This document shows, one piece after another, positions 36,158 through 44,494 of a stretch of 64,000 nt of DNA. The stretch's first letter is position 1, and every line of letters starts with the position of its first letter. A model generated the notes under the pieces. The model saw only the letters and a list, made by a program, of their open reading frames with translations, ran no database searches and was not told where the DNA came from. Made by a program: the position numbers and the translations under genes. Origin of the DNA: a virus (lineage: Duplodnaviria; Caudoviricetes); IMG/VR virus record IMGVR_UViG_3300033074_001927, positions 1 to 64,000 of that record; one strand, 5' to 3'.

Positions 36158-37230
36158 ATATTTGCCACAATCTTGTCTGCGGTATTTTGCCAGGATAGAG
36201 CTCGAGCCGACTCAACTCCTGTAAGATTTGGAAGCAGCTTTCCAGTCTGCTTTTCTTCGTGCACTTTTTTCATTTCTGACGCTAGATCCTCTATATTAAA
36301 AGTACACCAACTTCCATTGTTGTGAAACCACCTTCCATCATTTGCTAGCTCAAATCCTGTAGGATTGATAAGTCTTGCATTATCTTTGTTGCAAAATTCT
36401 GTATGGCCAGCATAGTTGGTGGCTATAACATGTCCTCCGCACGCCATAACCTCTAGCGCCTCAAGATTCCACCCCTCTGCATGACTTGGAAATACTCCGC
36501 AATCTATATGCGAAAATATTTCAGCCATTATGTTTTGCTTCTCAAACCTCGGAAAGAACTTTATATTCCTCCCCATTTTTGATGACAAATATTTATTTTT
36601 CCACACATCGTTTTCTGAGCCAATAAATGGATTTTCATTTATCATCCAAAGTTCTACGTTGTCATCGGTGGAAAACGCTAGATTAAACGCCTCTAACAGC
36701 TCCTCGTGTCCCTTTCTTTTTTCCCACTTTCCAGCATTCAAGAACACCGTAGACTGCCTGGTGTAAGCCGGCCTTCTTTTTCTTGCCGCTTCAGAAAACA
36801 CAAAAGGATCTCCAACGCCAAGCGGAACAACATGAACGTTCTTGTGTCCGGTTTGCAGCTCTACAACCTCTTTTGCCCAAGAAGAACATACAAACACAGC
36901 ATCCAGAGACGAGATTTGATGCTTCTCTCTATCTGTAAATTCTCTAAGTTCAAATATTGGCCATCCAACCTTCAGCCCATTTCCACATGGAAATAAATCA
37001 AGCTGATGTTGATGCCAGATACGTATTGATGGAGCACTTCTGTCGTAGAAATGTGAGTTATTAATTGCAGACTCTATTAATTTTTTTGACTCAACACTTC
37101 CATCAAAATGCGCATCCCCTATGGGAAATAATGCCACATTATGACCAGCTATGCTTAGATGTTTTAATACATTAAAGCCAACAACGCCATACCCTAAACT
37201 GTTTATTGGCGCAACAAGGTTTATATTCAT
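36154..37230 (-). CDS. Glycosyltransferase family 4 (GT-B)
   Basis: LGYG, GKWEKRKG, VFPSHAEGWNLEALEVMACG..VIATN..GH. Confidence 0.92.
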   Translation of the reverse strand: MNINLVAPINSLGYGVVGFNVLKHLSIAGHNVALFPIGDAHFDGSVESKKLIESAINNSHFYDRSAPSIRIWHQHQLDLFPCGNGLKVGWPIFELREFTDREKHQISSLDAVFVCSSWAKEVVELQTGHKNVHVVPLGVGDPFVFSEAARKRRPAYTRQSTVFLNAGKWEKRKGHEELLEAFNLAFSTDDNVELWMINENPFIGSENDVWKNKYLSSKMGRNIKFFPRFEKQNIMAEIFSHIDCGVFPSHAEGWNLEALEVMACGGHVIATNYAGHTEFCNKDNARLINPTGFELANDGRWFHNNGSWCTFNIEDLASEMKKVHEEKQTGKLLPNLTGVESARALSWQNTADKIVANI

Positions 37231-37231
37231 T

Positions 37232-38371
37232 CTATACTCCAGCCCTATAATGCTTTTCTATAACAGATAGAAGTGTTTTCCCAACGCCTTCTACAGAAAA
37301 TTCTGACATTTTTTCTATGCACTTTCTTTTTCTATCAGACCATTTACAGTGCTTGTTGCCTGAAAACTTATATATCTTCCATTCGTTATAAGCAGCTCTC
37401 ATAGCCTCCATCACCTTTGAGGTAACAGGTTCTGCCCACATGTCTGATCCGGTATACATAAAACTATGAGGATGTGGCATATCTATGCATGGCGATGGAT
37501 TTTGCGGAATTAGCCATCCGCAGCTATCATCAATGAAGTGCGTTGGCCCGCCCCAATTTGTAGCAATAACAGGAGTTCCGCGATGCATCGCCTCCATGTA
37601 TGGAAGGCCCCAACCCTCCCCCCTGGATGGCAGACAGAAGAGATCAGCCGTAGAATATAACCTATTCATTTGGGCCTTGGAATATACTTCTGGCAACAGC
37701 ATTACGTGAGCATAATCATTCATCCTCAGGGCTTCTTTCATTTTATCTACCTGAAAAAACAGCTTTTCTTTGTATTCCTTATTTGAAACCGTATTAGCAT
37801 ATGTTTTTAGAATCAAAAGAACTTTGTCTGTTTTCCTAAACTCGGCAAAAAATGACTTAAGCAAAACATCTATGCCTTTCTTTTTAGAATCTTGGCATAC
37901 AGCCAGTATCTTGAAGTGACTTTCAAATCCATCCACAGCATATGGAGCCGCAACCTCTGGCGGATTCATGCATAGTGGAACATACTCTACTGGAACATAG
38001 ACGCCTGATTTTTTTGCCGCAAGGACGTTCGCTTCACAAGAAACTATAACAAGATCCATTCTATTTAGTTTGTTTACCCACTCAGAAGGCATCCTGTCTG
38101 TTTCCCAAGATATACAATTTACATTAAAAACTCCATCTTTTCTTTCCGTCTCATTAGGAGTCGTGTGCTGAACAACAACATCTACGCCACTGGCTGGCTT
38201 TAGATAAAGAGTGGCGAGCTCTGCGTCAAACTCAATAGAACCGCCGTCGTAAACCAGTGGACGAACCACCACGTCCGCTCCTGATCTAGTCAAGGCTCTT
38301 GCGTAGTTCCTTGATGCTTCGGCATATCCGCTTATGTCTTTTAATGGACCTACATAAAGTATTTTTTTCAT
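37232..38371 (-). CDS. Glycosyltransferase family 4 (GT-B)
   Basis: SGYAEASR, WETD, KKG...L, LPSRGEGWGLPYMEAM..G.PVIATNWGG. Confidence 0.92.
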   Translation of the reverse strand: MKKILYVGPLKDISGYAEASRNYARALTRSGADVVVRPLVYDGGSIEFDAELATLYLKPASGVDVVVQHTTPNETERKDGVFNVNCISWETDRMPSEWVNKLNRMDLVIVSCEANVLAAKKSGVYVPVEYVPLCMNPPEVAAPYAVDGFESHFKILAVCQDSKKKGIDVLLKSFFAEFRKTDKVLLILKTYANTVSNKEYKEKLFFQVDKMKEALRMNDYAHVMLLPEVYSKAQMNRLYSTADLFCLPSRGEGWGLPYMEAMHRGTPVIATNWGGPTHFIDDSCGWLIPQNPSPCIDMPHPHSFMYTGSDMWAEPVTSKVMEAMRAAYNEWKIYKFSGNKHCKWSDRKRKCIEKMSEFSVEGVGKTLLSVIEKHYRAGV

Positions 38372-40005
38372 TTTAATATTCCACTAAGCCGATCAGATAC
38401 AAACTCTATGGTTGGCGCCTCAATCGACATTCCTCTTATCTCCATAGATCTTGAATATCTCTTCTCCTCAAATCTATTATCTATTTGCGCCTCTCTTCTA
38501 AAGTAATTTTCTACGTCATCCCTGCTTTTACCAGCAGCAATCTCTTTTAGCCAATATTTTATGCCATCCGTGTCTGGTTGGCGATTAAGAATAAGTTTAT
38601 AGCACGCGACTATAAAATCATCTGCAGATGTATTTGCAGGCAATCTTCCACGGACAGGACTCTTGAAGAGCGGGCGAACATCCCACGTTTTACTTCTGTC
38701 ATATGGCTTTATTTTGTCAATAATGCTCATTAGCTTGTTTGCAGAGATGTCCCATGCGTGCATTGATTGCGCGCACTTTATGGCTGCGGCTGATAAATCA
38801 TTCCTCTTCTTTTTGTCTGTAACTAGCAGTAATAGCTTCTTTACAAAATCCTCCTCATCTGGCAGAGACCTTACCGCCATTGTATTTGGTTCTGTATAAA
38901 ACTTCTTAACAGATAGAGGAAGTCCCCCACCATTTGCAATATGGTCTTCCATAGCCGAGTAGTTTTGGTATATGCCCGGCACGCCGCAAGCCTTCGCCTC
39001 AACTATTGGCAGACCCCATCCCTCGCATATTGCTGGATGAACATAAACGTCCATTAGGTTATATATTTCTGCTAAATCTGCCGCGTCTACTCCGCTATGC
39101 GTGTTTGGCATATGCGCCTTATTGGCTCCGCAAAAAATACATTGCGCAAAACCGTCCTTTGACGACGGCAGGAACCATTGCAAAAACACCTTTGAGCAGG
39201 CGTCACACTTGTATGTAAAGATAACATCCCTCTTTATTTTATTCCTATTTAAAAGTTCTGGAAGATCCCAGCCTGAATCTGGCCATGATGTGTGACACAA
39301 CAAAACAGACTTATTCACCTCTGGTATTTTACTGTGCCTCTTCTTCAAGGTAGCAAAGGCAGAAAATAGCTCTGGGAACAACTTACGAGACTGATTTCTC
39401 ATAACTGTTCCTATAACAACAATATTTTTATTTATGCCCCAGTCTGCACGCACAGCGTCTTTATCTAGTGGCCTAAATAAAGACAAGTCAACTCCTGGAC
39501 TTATAACATCCGCTACAGGCACTCCTTGCTTCTCTAGAGTTTTTTTGCCAAAATAGCTGTAAGCGCAAACCACTGTTGCCTTTTTAAATATGTCGTCTAT
39601 CCACTCGACCTTTTGTGGCGCAGAGTCTACTGTTGGAATAAGTATTGTTTTGTAATTTGACGCAAACCTATTGTTTACATCATGCGACATCATCCACGGG
39701 TCTCTAAAATTTATAACAATATCTGGTTGAAAGTCTGCTAAAAATCCCTCTATTTTGTAACCGCCAAAGTGCGCAGCCCTATCCCTTGCTACAATCTCCT
39801 TTTCCGCATCGTTTGTTGGCAATACTCCGTAAAACTTCCAAGGAAGCTTAGATGCCCTCGCGTCTTTCTCGGATCCCCACGATCCGACCTCTGCGAGCTC
39901 ATACTTTTTGGTTGCGTGCAATCTTCGCATGAACTCGTTCTGCATTACTGCAAAACCAGTAGAAAGCCAGCTAGCCTCACCGCTAAACATTATTCTTTTC
40001 TTCAT
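38368..40005 (-). CDS. GT4 glycosyltransferase with zinc-ribbon insert and C-terminal DUF4214-like domain
   Basis: STGF, VMRNQSRK, CDAC..CIFC insert, EGWGLPIVEAKACG, FI..CYKLILNRQPD.DG..YW. Confidence 0.9.
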   Translation of the reverse strand: MKKRIMFSGEASWLSTGFAVMQNEFMRRLHATKKYELAEVGSWGSEKDARASKLPWKFYGVLPTNDAEKEIVARDRAAHFGGYKIEGFLADFQPDIVINFRDPWMMSHDVNNRFASNYKTILIPTVDSAPQKVEWIDDIFKKATVVCAYSYFGKKTLEKQGVPVADVISPGVDLSLFRPLDKDAVRADWGINKNIVVIGTVMRNQSRKLFPELFSAFATLKKRHSKIPEVNKSVLLCHTSWPDSGWDLPELLNRNKIKRDVIFTYKCDACSKVFLQWFLPSSKDGFAQCIFCGANKAHMPNTHSGVDAADLAEIYNLMDVYVHPAICEGWGLPIVEAKACGVPGIYQNYSAMEDHIANGGGLPLSVKKFYTEPNTMAVRSLPDEEDFVKKLLLLVTDKKKRNDLSAAAIKCAQSMHAWDISANKLMSIIDKIKPYDRSKTWDVRPLFKSPVRGRLPANTSADDFIVACYKLILNRQPDTDGIKYWLKEIAAGKSRDDVENYFRREAQIDNRFEEKRYSRSMEIRGMSIEAPTIEFVSDRLSGILK

Positions 40006-40018
40006 GTAAGATCGCCCA

Positions 40019-40390
40019 CTAAATGTTATCGCTATCTTTTCTTGTAGCCCTTATTAAAACATCAAAGGCAAAAGCTCTTCTATCTCCTGCCACGCTAGAG
40101 TCGCCATTCCTATACTTGTGGTAATCTATGTAGATGTCTTTTGACAGTGACACAACCCCGGCCCCACCGCCATGAAGCCTTGCCATCTCTTCTATTATTT
40201 CATTCCTTGCGCAAGCTCTTGCATAGCCATAAAAATTCTTTTTATTAGAACCAGATGCGTAAGCCTTGAGCAGACCTAAATACGCGGCCTGACGACAGTC
40301 ATCAAGGAGGTATGGCGGCACCCTTTTTAAGAGTGCCGCCACAATCCTGTGGTCTTCTGTTGACAGGTCGTCTTTAGAATGGAAGGTCAT
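40019..40390 (-). CDS. Sigma-70 region-2-like protein (no region 4)
   Basis: DDCRQAAYLGLLKAY...FYGYARACARNEIIE matches region 2.2-2.4 pattern; probable start 40390 (track 40501). Confidence 0.6.
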   Translation of the reverse strand: MTFHSKDDLSTEDHRIVAALLKRVPPYLLDDCRQAAYLGLLKAYASGSNKKNFYGYARACARNEIIEEMARLHGGGAGVVSLSKDIYIDYHKYRNGDSSVAGDRRAFAFDVLIRATRKDSDNI

Positions 40391-41267
40391 AAGACTGGCT
40401 ATCATCTCCAGCCGGATTTGGCCTTCTGCCCTTTTGTTTCTGCGGACCACCATCTCTTGCGTCGGTGTCTGCATTCTTCTTGTCGGCAGAATGAACAACA
40501 ACTTCTTGCAGTTTTACCTGAATGCGACTAGTCTTTTTACCAGTCTCTTTATCTGTCCACTCCCTTGATTCGAGACCACCTCTTACCGTAAGCGGCGTTC
40601 CCTTTGTAACTGATCTTTCTAGTCGCTCAGCAAGGTGTCCCCAAGCATCGCAATCAATAAAGAGCGGAACTTCAACCCATTCATCTCCCTTTTTATATGA
40701 CCTATTGACCGCAATGCGAACAGTTGCAACCTTGTTTTCTCCGAACTCTTTTACGACCGGATCTGAAACAGCCCGTCCAGCACCAACCCACTGATTTAAA
40801 CTCATATACAACTCCATGCCATCGACTTCAATGAGCCTTAAGAAATCCTCAAACAATCCAACACTAATTGACTTTAATATGAATTTATTAAGCAAATAAA
40901 GATTATTGTCAACGTAATCTCTATAGAGAGTAGACAAATTTTCTTTTGCCAATAAATCAACGGCCAAGTCAAACACAACACCGTTTATATTGTTACATTT
41001 TGAGTCTATTAAGATAATATTTGTTAAATCACAGTCGTCCAAACTAAGCAAAGTTTTTATTTCTTCTTCTACTAAAACTGTTGCAGCCAGCAATGTTGTT
41101 TTTACCGGCCTGCCATAAGGCAGTGTTAAAATCCCATTATTAAACGACCACTTTAAAGACTCTCCATTGAAAGAAAAATATACAACGCCATTGTCGGTAT
41201 CGCAGCATACTATATTTTTAGATTTTTTTTCTTTATATCTACCAAGTATCGCTTCTATATCATGCAT
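40374..41267 (-). CDS. ssb: Single-stranded DNA-binding protein (domain 40374-40805) with in-frame N-terminal 154-aa extension
   Basis: MSLNQ...GR...DP, V..VRIAVNR, FIDCDAWG..AE, KG..L.V.G.L..R.W.D, acidic tail YDLPF; internal GGAG SD before ATG 40805. Confidence 0.88.
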   Translation of the reverse strand: MHDIEAILGRYKEKKSKNIVCCDTDNGVVYFSFNGESLKWSFNNGILTLPYGRPVKTTLLAATVLVEEEIKTLLSLDDCDLTNIILIDSKCNNINGVVFDLAVDLLAKENLSTLYRDYVDNNLYLLNKFILKSISVGLFEDFLRLIEVDGMELYMSLNQWVGAGRAVSDPVVKEFGENKVATVRIAVNRSYKKGDEWVEVPLFIDCDAWGHLAERLERSVTKGTPLTVRGGLESREWTDKETGKKTSRIQVKLQEVVVHSADKKNADTDARDGGPQKQKGRRPNPAGDDSQSYDLPF

Positions 41268-41276
41268 TAGTTTGTA

Positions 41277-41299
41277 TCTCCTATATATGTAATAGGAGA
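41277..41299 (-). promoter_or_regulatory. Hairpin sequestering the AGGAGA SD of the SSB-fusion ORF
   Basis: TCTCCTAT-7nt-ATAGGAGA perfect 8-bp inverted repeat; ATG at 41267. Confidence 0.45.
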
Positions 41300-41303
41300 A
41301 AAA

Positions 41304-42917
41304 CTATATATGTTCAATCTTATCTACAAGAAAGCTTACTCCGTCTTTTCTTCCAGACACAAGAACAACTTTTCCTGGCTCTATTATCCATGCGCATTTT
41401 GGATATGTAGACGCAAATACAACAGCTCCGTCCAAGAAATATGTTGAATCACTGAGCTTTAGAAAGCACATCCAGTTACCATTCTTGTCCTTTATAGTCC
41501 TAACATCCTCTATAAGAACTCCAAGTGTAGCTCTGGTCTTATTTGGCATCTTTAGAAAATCTCTACATGTTGTAGTTATTTTATCGCTACTGTATATATC
41601 TACCTCACTACCAGTAACAGTTAGGCCCAAGCAATATTTTTCATACGCAAGCGCCAACCTCTTTCTATTACTAACCCCCAATTCTTTAGCTATAGCATTT
41701 CTAAGCTCTTCAATTTTAACTTTCCTGTTTTTATTGGGTATTTTTGATTCTAAAAGAATGGCCACCCAATCATTCATTGGCCTGTCGATTAAATTAGACG
41801 ACAGTAAAAATTCAACCTCCCTATCAGTCAGAGCTCTCAAAAACCTATATCTTGCCAGTGTTCTTATTCTGTCGCTTACTATATTATCTATGCTGCCAGA
41901 CTTAATAAGTGCTTCAACTACATCTGTTTTTATTTTTACCTTGCCACCAAATATTGATGCAAACAGTTCTGCCTCGCTATTTATTCCCTTCAATTGCTTT
42001 ATTGATGGTAAAGCAGAAGCGCCAATGCCCTTTACGTGTATAATGCCAAAACGTAAACTATCTCCATCAAATGAGAAGTCTTCTGCTGGATTCAATATTG
42101 ATGGCGGAAGAACTTTTATTCCAAAAAGTTTAGCCTCATAAACTAGTTCTTTGATCTCCTCAAACTCATCTATTTTACTATCACTGTATGTCAGCATGCT
42201 CTTGAAAAATTCAACAGGTGCATGAACCTTTGCCCATGCTGTCTGATAGGCATTGAAGGCGTAGCTAACTCCGTGAGCTTTATTAAATGAATAACCGCTA
42301 AACTTGTCTATCCATGAAAATATTTCTTTTGCTATCTTCTCATCATTGTTTTGTTTCTTGGCGCCTTCTATAAAATCTTTTTCAACCTTAGCCATCAAAG
42401 CCGGTATTTTTTTACCAATAGCTCGCCTAACATCATCTGCCGCCTTTAGTGTGAAGCCGGCAAAATCCTTGCATATGTCCATTATTTGTTCTTGATAGAC
42501 AGGTACGCCGTATGTTTTAGACAGTATGGGCTCTAGGCTTTCATGTATATATTCCGGCTTTAGCGAACCGTCCTTGGCTCTGGCGTATGCATCAACAATT
42601 GTAAGTGTTTTCCCATTATCTGGATCTTCTCTATATTCGGCTTCTAAGCATCCAGGGCGTATAAGGCTGATAACGTCACTAAGCTCTTCTATCGTGCGCG
42701 GCTTCAGCCTTTTGCACCACTTCTTACCAAGCTGCTTCTCTAGCTGAAAAACGCCTTTTGTAAGTCCTTCGCCAATCATATCCCATGTACGAGGACAATC
42801 AAGAGATATGTCATCTATGCGAAGTGATCCATTTATTATGCAACCACACTCAAATGTTACCTTTTTGCGACCAGTGCTTAAAGCAGCGAGATTCGTACTT
42901 TTCTGCTCCACCAACAT
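41304..42917 (-). CDS. dnaE: DNA polymerase III alpha subunit, C-terminal part (fingers, HhH, OB)
   Basis: KGVFQLE, SLIRPG, TYGVPVYQEQIM, ADDVRRAIGKK, FSGYSFNKAHGVSYA..AYQTAW.K, VKGIG. Confidence 0.95.
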   Translation of the reverse strand: MLVEQKSTNLAALSTGRKKVTFECGCIINGSLRIDDISLDCPRTWDMIGEGLTKGVFQLEKQLGKKWCKRLKPRTIEELSDVISLIRPGCLEAEYREDPDNGKTLTIVDAYARAKDGSLKPEYIHESLEPILSKTYGVPVYQEQIMDICKDFAGFTLKAADDVRRAIGKKIPALMAKVEKDFIEGAKKQNNDEKIAKEIFSWIDKFSGYSFNKAHGVSYAFNAYQTAWAKVHAPVEFFKSMLTYSDSKIDEFEEIKELVYEAKLFGIKVLPPSILNPAEDFSFDGDSLRFGIIHVKGIGASALPSIKQLKGINSEAELFASIFGGKVKIKTDVVEALIKSGSIDNIVSDRIRTLARYRFLRALTDREVEFLLSSNLIDRPMNDWVAILLESKIPNKNRKVKIEELRNAIAKELGVSNRKRLALAYEKYCLGLTVTGSEVDIYSSDKITTTCRDFLKMPNKTRATLGVLIEDVRTIKDKNGNWMCFLKLSDSTYFLDGAVVFASTYPKCAWIIEPGKVVLVSGRKDGVSFLVDKIEHI

Positions 42918-43419
42918 CTATCTGTGACTCCATTTTTATCTTTGAGTAAGTTCTTGTTGCGGAATTTAGCTCTCTACACTCGCTGCATACGGCCTTTAAA
43001 CAGATCACCTCGTCTGCTATAGCCATAATATATGGCATACTCCCAAATGGCTTTCCATTTGCGTCGCATGACAGTCCGGCCACAAAAACCCTTCTTCCAT
43101 GAACATATAGAAGAGAATATATTGCCGCCTCTATGCTCGGCGCAAAAAATTGCGTCTCGTCTATCAGTACGGCATCTATATTGTCTTCGTGTACAGCGTA
43201 TACATAGTCTAAAATTTTCAGCGGCCCATCTGTCGGAATAGTGACGCACGCTATTGACTCTCCGCTATGAGCAACTATTCTACTTTCTAAACCATACCTA
43301 TTATCTATGGATGGCTTAAATAGCATTATTTTTTTCTTTGCAACAAGAAGAGAATTGGCCGCCGCTATTAGCGCAGAAGATTTCCCCGAGTACATCGGGC
43401 CAACTATTGCTGTAAGCAT
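42850..43419 (-). CDS. tdk: Thymidine kinase
   Basis: GPMYSGKS, FKP.IDNRY, IDETQFF, VAGL, AVC..C, VGG.EKY..RC..H. Confidence 0.95.
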   Translation of the reverse strand: MLTAIVGPMYSGKSSALIAAANSLLVAKKKIMLFKPSIDNRYGLESRIVAHSGESIACVTIPTDGPLKILDYVYAVHEDNIDAVLIDETQFFAPSIEAAIYSLLYVHGRRVFVAGLSCDANGKPFGSMPYIMAIADEVICLKAVCSECRELNSATRTYSKIKMESQIDVGGAEKYESRCFKHWSQKGNI

Positions 43420-43637
43420 TACTTGCCACCAAGTAAGTCTTTTCCAGTTTTATTTCTGTACCACTTCCCAAGCGTTTCCCTTTCTATAACAAAAGAGCTC
43501 GACGCTCCGATAATCCTCCTAGAATCACCGCCGCAATCACATATTACAGCAATGGTGGGGTCAAAGGAAATTGGAAGAGTTCTTTCGAGCCTTTTACCAC
43601 ACTCTCTTGCTGTGCATTTATATATGTAGTTTGGCAT
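43419..43637 (-). CDS. FmdB-family zinc-ribbon protein
   Basis: MPNYIYKC...CG ... CDCGG...RII. Confidence 0.8.
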   Translation of the reverse strand: MPNYIYKCTARECGKRLERTLPISFDPTIAVICDCGGDSRRIIGASSSFVIERETLGKWYRNKTGKDLLGGK

Positions 43638-43791
43638 CCTTAGCCTCCATAATTAGGTGGTATGGCGGAGCCTCCGCCGCACCGTCAAGATCATCCCACC
43701 TATATGTTGTAGTATGAATAATTGAACCGTTATATAGCCAGTCTCTTGTAAAGAGCACGCTACCATTTATTACGCGCGATGTTTCGTTCAT
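43618..43791 (-). CDS. Small hypothetical protein
   Basis: ATG just after dut stop (track start 43842). Confidence 0.5.
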   Translation of the reverse strand: MNETSRVINGSVLFTRDWLYNGSIIHTTTYRWDDLDGAAEAPPYHLIMEAKDAKLHI

Positions 43792-43792
43792 T

Positions 43793-44494
43793 TTAACGTC
43801 CGGTACTACCAAAGCCGCCTTCCCCCCTATCTGTTTTTTCAAGCTCTGCGCCTTCTACGAAATCACACGAGTCAACACGAGAAAATACGGCTTGAGCTAT
43901 CCTATCTCCCACATTGACAACAAATGTTTCCTTTCCAAAATTATGTAATATTACTTTCCATTCACCCCTATATCCGCTATCTATCGTTCCAGGGGAATTG
44001 AGTACTGATACCGAGTGCTTTGCCGCCAAAGACGACCTTGACCTAATTTGAAACTCAAATCCTTCTGGGATGTTTGCCGCAAAGCCTAATGACACTAGAC
44101 GAGTCTCTCCTGCGGGTATTTCTAATGCCTGAACGCTATATAGGTCTAGGCCTGCATCCGTACTGTGCGCATATGTCGGAAGTCTTGCGCTCTCGTGTAG
44201 GCGCACAAAACCAACCGGCCTTTTGCTTCTGTCTGTAAATGTCATTCCTATTAGACCCTCCTCATATAATCTCAATAGACCAAAACCAAGTTCTTTTTCT
44301 GTTGGCATCTCATACGAGGTTCTGTTGTTTTCTACAAAGTGCTTTATTCTTCCTGCAATCTGATGTAATGTTAGATAGTCATCTCCTATTAGATTTCTCC
44401 ACAGTCCATACTGAGATGTTCTACATAAAACGTCCTGTACAAAAGTTACGTCTTTTTTGTCTACGTCTATTTTATAAAACCTATTCTTGCTCAT
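43793..44494 (-). CDS. dut: Trimeric dUTPase with N-terminal 83-aa extension
   Basis: AGLDL, RSRSSLA, NSPGTIDSGYRGE, GDRIAQ, RGEGGFGSTG. Confidence 0.95.
   Translation of the reverse strand: MSKNRFYKIDVDKKDVTFVQDVLCRTSQYGLWRNLIGDDYLTLHQIAGRIKHFVENNRTSYEMPTEKELGFGLLRLYEEGLIGMTFTDRSKRPVGFVRLHESARLPTYAHSTDAGLDLYSVQALEIPAGETRLVSLGFAANIPEGFEFQIRSRSSLAAKHSVSVLNSPGTIDSGYRGEWKVILHNFGKETFVVNVGDRIAQAVFSRVDSCDFVEGAELEKTDRGEGGFGSTGR

Noticed and set aside
24076-40005. Bacterial O-antigen/capsule locus
   Set aside because: No flippase, polymerase, ABC exporter or initiating transferase; genes interleaved with phage-type MTases and continuous with the phage replication block
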